Of a stretch of 64,000 nucleotides of DNA, positions 54,221 to 64,000 are shown piece after piece. The first letter of the stretch is position 1. Each line of letters starts with the position of its first letter. The notes below the pieces were generated by a model, which saw nothing but the letters and a program-made list of their open reading frames with translations, was not told where the DNA came from and did no database searches. Made by a program: the position numbers and the translations under genes. The stretch lies in assembly GCF_006345805.1 (NCBI RefSeq), contig NC_043004.1, forward strand, positions 34,472,001-34,536,000, given 5' to 3'. The DNA comes from Octopus sinensis. Its lineage: Eukaryota.

Positions 54221-54858
54221 GTAAGTCGAAAGGGGTGTATTCTAACTGCTACTTTAAAATAATCCAAACACACAAATGTAAATGGTAAAATATGTTGTTT
54301 AGTCACATATCAAGATGGAATATAACAGACTTGGTGAGCTAAAAGTATGTTTTTCTAGCAAACATTTGATCAGTTCCATTAATGCTTTGGTGAACCATTT
54401 AAGAAAATTTCATTCAAGATATTAGCAATAAAAAAAAAATGCATTCTTTGGTCGTACATTTCGTGAATAACAACCATTTCTAGTTTACCTGTTTCACCAT
54501 CTTTTGAATTATAATTTCTAGAAATCAACAGCTTGCAGTATTTTGTGGTATTTGACAAAACATTATGAATCTATATTTAGTAAAGAATATCTTGAGAAGC
54601 ACATTTATTTTGATTTCTCCAAACTGACGCAAATAAAACTGAAGTGGGAGATTTTGTGCCATTATTAATCAAAGTAAACTGTCAACAGGTTATTTTTACT
54701 TTGGCACAGATGTTTATTGCTTGCAATCCTGTGGTTTTGGATTCAGTTTCACAGTAGGGAACCTTGGGAAAAGGTCATCCATTATAGCCTTGGACCAATA
54801 TCGAAAGAAGCCCATTGTATGTGTATAGAGGCATGTAGGCGTGTGTGTATGTATGTAC

Positions 54859-54970
54859 ACATTATTGCATTTATGTGTGTGCATGTATGTACATTATTGC
54901 ATTTATGTGTGTGTGTGCATGTGGGCACATTATTGCATTTATGTGTGTGTGTTGTTGGTATATTATTTTT
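54859..54970. repeat. Short tandem repeat ACATTATTGCATTTATGTGTGTG x3
   Basis: Direct reading. Confidence 0.8.
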
Positions 54971-56611
54971 GTTTTGACAGATTGCACACTGATTGGAAAC
55001 AAAGATACTGTTCCTATAAACATTGTCATTGTTTGTAAGCTTCCATGAAAACATATCTGACCATTCTGTTGTTTGTTGTTAGAAGAACTAAGGGAAATAT
55101 TGCCTTGGATGGAATCAGATGATGGTTGGTGACAGAAAGAGCATTCAGCCATAAAAAAAAAAACAAGAGGTTCTTCTGACACCATGGATGGTGATGATGA
55201 TGATGATGATGATGACAATGATGACAGTTCATGTGTGTATCTATGTGTGCATGTGTGTGTGTATACACTGATTAAACTGATGACTCGGTAAATACATTCT
55301 GAGAGAGAGAGAGAGAGAGACTACAGTTACCAAAATGATAAAGATGAAGTGACCAATATTTGAAAGTGAACAAAATTGAAAATAATTAACTGATACAATA
55401 CATCAGAGAAATGTAACAAGACAAATTGATAATATGCCAACCTTCTTATTAAAGGGTCAAACACACACGTTCCTGGCAAATACAATCAACTTTCAATGGC
55501 AGGGGGCAGTCTCTTTCTGTCTGTCTGTTTCTCTCCCTCTGCCTAAATATACTGTTAGTTGGTACATCTTTATTTTATGTCATGCATTTGTGAACAATAG
55601 TGTTGTTTGGTGCTAGGTTTTGCTCAGCCAATCAGCTGAGTTATTTCTATCTGCACCAACAATTGTCACCTGTTATCTACAGTGTGTTTATAACAAACTT
55701 TAATTTATTTCAGGGGTCTAAATGCTATCCCATTTTTTAATCAGAAGAATGTTTAACTCAATCAATAAAGTGATAATCATATGAAATAGGTTTAGATGCT
55801 GGACACGAGAGACATTCATACATACCTAATCAATCTTTTTTAAGTCATTGGTCAACCAGGCTCAAATAAATTCCAATTACAATCTTCCGAGAAAACATGT
55901 CCGGCTATTGAGTTGTCCATCGCTGAAGGGAATTGAGAAAATTATTACCTTGCTTGAGAAAAGGTGAGAGTTGGTAATAAGAAGAATGTCTAGTCTGAGA
56001 AAATCTGCCTGAAACAATTTTCTTTTCTGCATGGAAGTACCGGTGCCATAGTATAAGACACTTTCCCAACATGTCACTCAACTGGATTGAGTTGAAAAAC
56101 ATGTGGCTGCAAAGCAAACTTCTTAATCACATGACCATACCTGCAACTATATGGTCACATGACCATACCTGCAACTACATTAAAATAAGCTTCTAAAAGA
56201 AGTAAATTAATAGCTTACTACCATTATTTTATCCCCAACCATACTAAGCCAAACCTCTGTGACTGATGCAACACTTGTTTCTCTATCTCCAGCCCCACAT
56301 TTGTCTGATGGCGACCATTTTCATTGCTCTTCTGCCAATCTAATTTACTTCATTAAACGCTTCTATGCATATATGTATACTTATACACACACACACACAT
56401 AAATATATCATCATCATCATCATCATCATTTAGCATCTGCTTTCCATGCTAGCATGGGTTGGACAGTTCAACTGGGGTCTGTGAAGCCGGAAGGCTGCAT
56501 CAGGCCCAGTCTGATCTGGCAGTGTTTCTACGGCTGGATGCCCTTCCCAATAAAATATATATATATAATATATATATATATATATTTATATATATATGTG
56601 TGTATAATAAA

Positions 56612-56658
<47 letters not shown>

Positions 56659-56688
56659 AAATATATATATATATATGTGTATAATAAA

Positions 56689-56809
<121 letters not shown>

Positions 56810-58268
56810 CAATAATAAATCTCTGAGCGAGGTATAAACAGTAGCTGCACAACATCATGAAGTACATTTGCCACTTAAATGCGGCTAACCCTTAAGGGTT
56901 GATACTACTGTAGCTTGTAGACCAAGGAAGACATCTCCTCCAGCTAGCTATTGACACACTTTCTGTGCCCTATCAGTATTTGCAAAGGGAAGTCAACCTT
57001 CCCATCTCCAGCCTGATATGATACACACAGACCTGGGTTTCTGAATATTGACCCATTATCAGCATGTGACAACCATCAGTTGGCGATGTGAAGTGGTTCC
57101 CAAAGCAAATATATTTATCCATTTTCCAGTGATATAGGTTTTAATAGTTTTAGTTTTAAATCCACTTAACTTATTATTTCTATAGTATTTTGATTCTGTA
57201 CCTTGCACTCCTCTCTAAAACTATAATCTGCACATTTTCTATCTCACCCAACTTATTCATTTTGCTTTATAATAATTAATTTATTACCTCCCATTGACTG
57301 TTTATTTTCTATTGATTTTCATATTTGGTCCTATCTCCACCTATATATACATACTATAATCACAGTGTACTTTTACCTATCTCCTAGCAACCATAATTAT
57401 TCCTTTTATAATTCTTCTGTATCCACTCCTCTTTCTCTTTAAATGTATAGCTATCACATGTACAATAATTTTTTACAGTTTTTTTATCTCCTTGTATGAA
57501 TGTTTACATTCACTGGGTCTCATTTTGTGTATGTCCTTAATTTAGATTGTTAGTAGTTTTTCATTAGCTCTTCACCTCTAAATTAAAATAATTGTACTAT
57601 ATGAACCAAACCTATAGCTATTTTCTAACTCACTGTAAAGAACACTTATTTTATTTCTACCCGGTTTCAATCTGGTATGTCCCCAATTTATTCCCAGCTA
57701 TTTTTAGCTCTTCACCCCTATATGAATACCTACTTTCAGTTTTGAGGTCTTTATATTTAACTATTTAAATAATTATATTAATAAGTTTTAATTTCACTTG
57801 TTGAATTGACCCATATTTAAGCCCTTATCATTACTTCTATTAACATATATTTATTCCCTTTAATTCTTATTTATTTACTTGTTTTAAATATTACACCTTC
57901 TTACCTGAGGCTCTTAACATATTTACATCTGGTATCTCACCAAGTGGACACAACATATATGAAATGTTTAAATTAAATTTTTGTGCAATAATTCTTTATC
58001 TTTATTAGTTTAGCTCAATAATAAATTTTTAAGGGGTGAAAGGTAATATTCTATAATTCTTTATGCCTTTATTAATTTTTCTCTCTCTATTTTCACTCTT
58101 TACTCTATTTTGTTTTATTTATTGTACTTTATTCTTGCTTTTATTTTTCAATTTTTATGTCCCCCTAACATTAAGTTAATATCCTTATTAGTCTTTTAAC
58201 CCTTTTGATATTTATAATAAATTGCCTGGAATGTACTCCACCTTAATTAAATATTAGTAATAACTATA

Positions 58269-58528
58269 ATAAAAAATAAATGCACTCTTTTAAAGCCTAG
58301 CCAGTCTCATGGGCCCGGTTTCCCGGTTTCAATGGCGTATGTGTTCCACAGCTGGACTGGACGCCAGTCCATGACAGCGTTACTCATTTTTGCCAGCTGA
58401 GTGGACTGGAGCAATGTGAAATGAAGTGTCTTGCTCAAGAACACAACACGTCACCTGGTCCAGGAATCCAAACGACAATTTTACGATCATGATGCTGACA
58501 CCCTAACCGCTAAGCCACGCACCTCCAC
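58269..58528 (-). mobile_element. tRNA-derived SINE family D with 13-bp TSD
   Basis: TGGCTTAGCGGTTAG A box; TTGAGCAAGACACTT and ATGGACTGGCGTCC motifs; AGTAATAACTATA at 58256-58268 and 58529-58541. Confidence 0.88.
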
Positions 58529-58656
58529 AGTAATAACTATACGCACTTGAATTAAACTCTACATACCAACTTTCTATTGATTTAATAGACATAATATCAC
58601 AATATGACATTTTTACCAATTATATCTATCTGAGTTTTTTTAATACTTAATAAACA

Positions 58657-58801
58657 GATGAGGTCGACTTTGCCTGTCATCCTTTCGGCTTCAATTAGAT
58701 AAGTACTAGTTACACACTGGGGTTGATATAATCGACTTAATCCCTTTGTCTGTCCTTGTTTGTCCCCTCTGTGTTTAGCCCCTTGTGAGTAGTAAAGAAA
58801 T
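58657..58801 (+). mobile_element. SINE family B, 3' part
   Basis: GAGGTCGACTTTGCC..GTTTAGCCCCTTGTGAGTAGTAAAGAAAT. Confidence 0.8.
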
Positions 58802-59473
58802 ATATATTGTTATATTCTTACTTTACAACTCCAGTATACACAACCTTACTTCCCTTCTAAGGTCTATACCATGTTTTATATTATGTTTTTTATGTTTAAA
58901 TTTTATCAGTTAACGGTTTGCAGCCGTTTACTCAGCATGCAGGAATTGAACACCCATTTTGTATATCTTAAACTACCTTTGACGAGATTTGATTTTCAAA
59001 TAATTTTTAATTTAATTGATTGATTTTCTGAAGGTCTGGAATTGAAACAGCTGTAAGGAATGTTTGTCAATTTTTCATTCATTAATAATAATTTATTAAT
59101 TAACTTTCTGCTTCCTCATCTTATAATAATAAATAGATATATATAAACCGAGGTTTATATAGTCACCTTGCAGTTAAGTATTCACTGTAATGTTCAATAC
59201 TCTTTGTATAGGTAACTAACCAGTACTTTCATAGGATTTTGCTATCCCTTAATAAGGTTTGTAACCTTTATCTGCACTTACAGATATATATATATATAAG
59301 GGCAGGCGTTAGGAAGTACGGCATTAGGAAGGGCATCCAGCTGTAGAAACTCTGCCAGATCAAATTGGAGTTTGGTTCGCCAGACCTCAGTCAAGTTGTC
59401 CAACCCATGCTAGCATGGAAAGCGGACGTTAAACGATGATGATGATGATATATATATATATAGATATATATAT

Positions 59474-59750
59474 AGGTGCAGGAGTGACTGTGTGTGCTTA
59501 TCAACCTCATGGTTCTGGGTTCAGTCCCACTGTATGGCACCTTGGGCAAGTGTCTTCCACTATAGCCTCAGGCCAACCAAAGCCTTTTGAGTGGATTTGG
59601 TAGACAGAAACTGAAAGAAGTCCATCGTATGTGTATATATATGTGTGGGTATGTATGTTTGTGCCTCCACCCCCCACACCATCACTTGACAACCAATGTT
59701 GGTGTGTTTATGTCCCAGTAACTTAGCAATTTGGCAACAGAGACTGCTGG
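59474..59750 (+). mobile_element. SINE family A, 3'-truncated
   Basis: Head and middle match 29725-30010. Confidence 0.8.
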
Positions 59751-59878
59751 AATGAATTTTCATCTTTCTCCAATATACATTGTGTTTTTAAACACAGCCT
59801 GTCTATAAGAAATTTTATCTTGGACAAAAACATCAGTAATTTGCTTGTGAACAGTGCTGATACATTACGATACATATA

Positions 59879-60915
59879 CAGGGGGCATAAGGTATTTGAG
59901 GATATACCTTTTTCGGGTCATTGCTGTATTTTTTGCTAACTCTGTATAATTTTTGTTTCAGAAAATAATAATGACAGACCCTTGGCTTACTCAATAAATG
60001 AAGAGGCATGCTGTTATTGTGGTTATAAAGGCTGAGCATAGTGATTTAGAAATATCTCGATTTTTAAAAGTTGGCAGATCTTTTGTCTGCAAAGTTTGTA
60101 AAGAACTAGAGATCACCAGTATCAAAGCATAAAAAGAATTCTAAATACTCAGAAATCATCAGGACACCTGAATGTATCCACCAAGTTCAATAGACCATTG
60201 ATTATAATCCCAGAAAGTCCATGAAGTCAATTGCAAAAGATCTCCATATATCAGAAGGAACAACTAGAAATGTTGTCCACAAAGACATCAGATATAAGTC
60301 ATATATGATGAAGAAAGGTCAATTTGTCTAAAAGCAAAAGAAAATCACTACATTAAGTCTTAAACAAACTGAAAAATCCACAGAAGAAGATTTGATTTGG
60401 TTTTTCTCAAACGAGAAAAATCTTCGACCAAGATCAAAAAGTTAACAGAAGAAATAACAGATGGTTATGTGCAGACCCTTCTGAAGTTCCAAGTGTTATT
60501 CATACAAAATTTCCCAAAACTGTCATGGTTTTATTGTCAGCAATGAAAGACATGTGATGCCTCTTTACTTCTTTCCACAAGGCTTTAGAGTTAACTCTGC
60601 CACCTACATTGAGGTCCTGGAAATAACTGTTAAGCCCTAGATAGACAGTGTATGCAATGGAAGGCCATATGTGCTTCAGTAAGACTGCACTATCATACAT
60701 GGCTCTAGTAACACAGGAATGGATGACTGACAATTTTCATGATCACATAACTCCTAACATTTGGCCTCCTAATTCCCCAGATCTCAATCCATTGGACATT
60801 ATAGGAAAGAATGTTTATTTTTATCCTTATAGCGTTTTTTGATAAAGTTATTATCTGTTATACATATCTGTGTTTTATAAACATAAATCTGTCCTCAAAT
60901 ATCTTACACACCCTG
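59879..60915 (+). mobile_element. Tc1/mariner (maT/DD37D-like) transposon, internally deleted, both TIRs present
   Basis: TA|CAGGGGGCATAAGGTATTTGAGGA ... TCCTCAAATATCTTACACACCCTG|TA; WFFSNEK, DQDQKVNRRNNRW, WPPNSPDLNPLD motifs with stops. Confidence 0.9.
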
Positions 60916-62196
60916 TAGATGACATTCTCTTTCTCTGTATATATATACTCTATACTAGCGCTTTGGTTCATGGTGAAGTGCAAAACTTTTTGTGTTTTTG
61001 AAGTGAGTGAGAGTACAAAACAGTTTAAGAATATTGGGTTAACCTCTTCTTTTCATTTTCCCTTCTACTCACCATTACTTGAACATTCCATGAAAGACTT
61101 GTGTCGAAAACTTTACCCTTTTTCACTCCTCACAACAATGATTATTGACACCTAGAATTTCCTTCAGACTTTAAACCAGAGTCTAAGACACTTGTTGACA
61201 ACAACAGCACTTTATTGTGCTGCTATTCTTTGGTAACAGATCGGCCCTGATCTAGTAGCGCTACAATCAAAGACATTCCAACCAGAATTATCTCATCTTT
61301 TCAGCCACAGTGTATCTCGGTGAATGTCATCTGATGTATCATTCAACTGTTTGAAGATGGTAGGAAGTCACTTGACTGCTATGTCTAGTAGTTGAGCAGC
61401 CACATAGAGGCTTTTCCTTTTGCTAAGCAATGACATTACTTTCTATAGCTGTTATCATTACCATCATTGGCTTACCACAATTATCTAATATCATTTTCCT
61501 GAAATAATAAAAATATTCCAGCCTCTTGGATAAATTATTTTCATAATTTTCGATCAACTGTCAAATCTTGCCTCTATTTTTTTTTTTTTTTTTTTTTGTA
61601 TTCATAAGTTCATTTCTTATATTATCTCAGAGGTTTGAGAAAATTAATTTTGAAATTAACTTGGCCACAAGCAGCTTGAAAATATCTCATCCTTTGTTCA
61701 TATAAATGCATATAATCATCACATCACCATCATCTGGTTTCCATGCTGGCATGGGTTGGATTGTTTGACAGGAACTGGCCAGCTGTGGAGCTTACCAGGT
61801 TCCACTTGCCTGTTTTGACATGGTTTCTATGGCTGGATGCCTTTCCTAAGAGTGTGCTGGGTGATTTTTACATGGCACTGACACAAACACTATCACACAG
61901 CATCGGCACTTTGATGAGAGCTTTTTATGTGACCCCAGCAAATCAGGATCCCTCAAGGGAAGCACCTCCCAGCTGAAAGACGGATTTGCAGGACATACCT
62001 ATGTGTATGGACAACCACAGTCTTATTTAGCTTGACATGTCCTCTCATGCACAGCAAACAGCCACGAGTCTCTGTCACTTGTCATCTCTGTGAAGCCCAA
62101 AATCTGAAGATATTTCCTCACTATGCATTACATACACACACACACACACACATATGCTCACACTATAAATAAATCTGTATCTTAGATATAGATATA

Positions 62197-62595
62197 GGCA
62201 CAGGAGTGGCCATGTGGTAAGAAGCTTGCTTCCCAAACTCATGGTTCCAGGTTCAGTTCCCTTACGTGGCACCTTGGACAAATGTCTTCTACTGCAGCCT
62301 CAGGCTGACCAATGCCTTGTGAGTGGATTTGGTAAATAGAAACTGAAAGAAGCCTGCCATATATATATATGTATGTGTGTGGGTGGGTGCTTGAGTGTCT
62401 GTATCTATACCCCCAACATCGCTTGACAACTGATGTTGGTGTGTTTACGTCCTTGTAACTTAGCAGTTTGGCAAAAAGAGACCGATAGGATAAGTACTAG
62501 GCTTACAAAGAATAAGTCGTGGGGTCAATTTTTTTTGACTAAAGGCAGTGCTCCAGCATGGCTGCAATCAAATAGCTGAAACAGATAAAAGAATA
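62197..62595 (+). mobile_element. SINE family A, full length, older
   Basis: Collinear with 29725-30136. Confidence 0.88.
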
Positions 62596-63214
62596 TACAG
62601 TGGTATTTGTATTTGTATATAATATATACTGATATGTGTATATGTAGATATATATATATACATTGTAGATGTAACTGTGCTGAAATATCTTTACTATACA
62701 TAGATATACATAGCTACACTTTTCTCTTGATTAATATATAATAGATGTTATATGTAGGAATATTGTAGCTGATGAAGCTCTGAGAATAAAACTTAGCAAA
62801 TTATAATTTAGAACAGAGGAATGTGTGAGATGTCAGAAGTAAATGTGAATTTTAGTTTTTATTTCAAATCAATATAAAAATTAAACGAAGCTAGAAAGCT
62901 GGACAGTGAAGAACAATAGAAATTATGGCTGGAGAAGTCGTGAACTTTTGGCTGATACTTTCTTTCATATTAGAAGTGCAATGATAACATTGTCAGTGAG
63001 AGAGTCACCCGTAAAATGGATATTCAACCAATAAAACATCAACTCATCATAGAAAATTACTATCTGAAGCCAACAAAATAATTGAAATTGAAATTCTTTA
63101 AAATGGTTTATATCTTTGTCTTGTGGTTGGTTTCTATTTGTTCTGCTTGTTTGGAACAAAAAAGTAGAGACAATATATATATGAATATATATGTGTGTGT
63201 GTGTGTGTGTGGGC

Positions 63215-63285
<71 letters not shown>

Positions 63286-63444
63286 TATGCACATATATAT
63301 ACATGATGCAATGTATAAATTGTCTAAACTATGCAAAAATGAAAATAACACTGACATCATCATTTTAACGGATCTATTTACCAAAATTACATTAAAATAT
63401 CTTGAAATACTATAGAGGCACAGGAATGGCTGTGTGGTAAGTAG

Positions 63445-63935
63445 CCTGGAACACTTCTGGATGGTCTCCTTGTTTAAGTTGGTGAAAGCTGCCATAATTC
63501 TTGCCTTCAGTTCATCTTTGATGTTACAAGGATTTGTCTTGGTCTCTTGCTCAACTGCAAGGGGGTTCCAGTGTGGGGAGTTAGGTGGCGTGGCCAGATG
63601 TTAGGGGTGATGTGGTCACAGAAATTTTCTGACAGCCATGACAAGGTTCCCCTGCTTGTGTGGCATGGTGCAAAGTCTTGTTACCAGACATAGGGTCTTC
63701 CAGCAGCTATCCTCCACTCTTGGTGCATGTTCATATTGGGGCTTCTGGTGTGAATGCCAAGTAGTACAGCATGTCATTTCCAAATTTCTGGCAGAATGAA
63801 TTGCATCATGTTTTTCTCACAGATGGTGCCCAACTGACCCTACTATACTGTGTGGTCAACAAAATCAAAATCAAACAATGCACATGTGTGAAATTAAAAA
63901 TATAAAAGGGCAACAACTTACCTATCACACCTGGT
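63445..63935 (-). mobile_element. Tc1/mariner (maT-like) deletion derivative
   Basis: WLSENFCDHITPNIWP, PPNSP, KDELKARIMAAF on the minus strand; terminus TA|CCAGGTGTGATAGGTAAG. Confidence 0.75.
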
Positions 63936-64000
63936 ATATAAGTATGTATCTATATAAATATGTGTATATATATAATAGATATGAATATGTAAATATATAT

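Overview
Eukaryotic, AT-rich, repeat-dense non-coding DNA (intron or intergenic). The mix of (TA)n/(ATG)n/(TATG)n microsatellites, tRNA-derived SINEs and RTE tails suggests an octopus/cephalopod genome; this is inferred from repeat content, not a database result. No complete host gene is visible, only a few weak candidate micro-exons. Recognisable elements are 5'-truncated RTE, CR1 and R4/Dong-type LINEs, three decayed Tc1/mariner (maT/DD37D-like) copies, a hAT MITE with an 8-bp TSD, a probable non-autonomous Helitron, four SINE families and a Penelope-like GIY-YIG relic. The main unannotated signal is a set of at least six unrelated repeat families carrying minimal type I hammerhead ribozyme (HHR) folds. 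Two have intact cores (41984-42026 + and 28563-28638 -) and several have variant cores. Most sit in (TA)n tracts, and several form outward-facing inverted arms like Penelope pseudo-LTRs or retrozymes. Most ORFs in the supplied track are microsatellite or SINE artefacts. All alignments and folds were done by eye, so boundaries are approximate.
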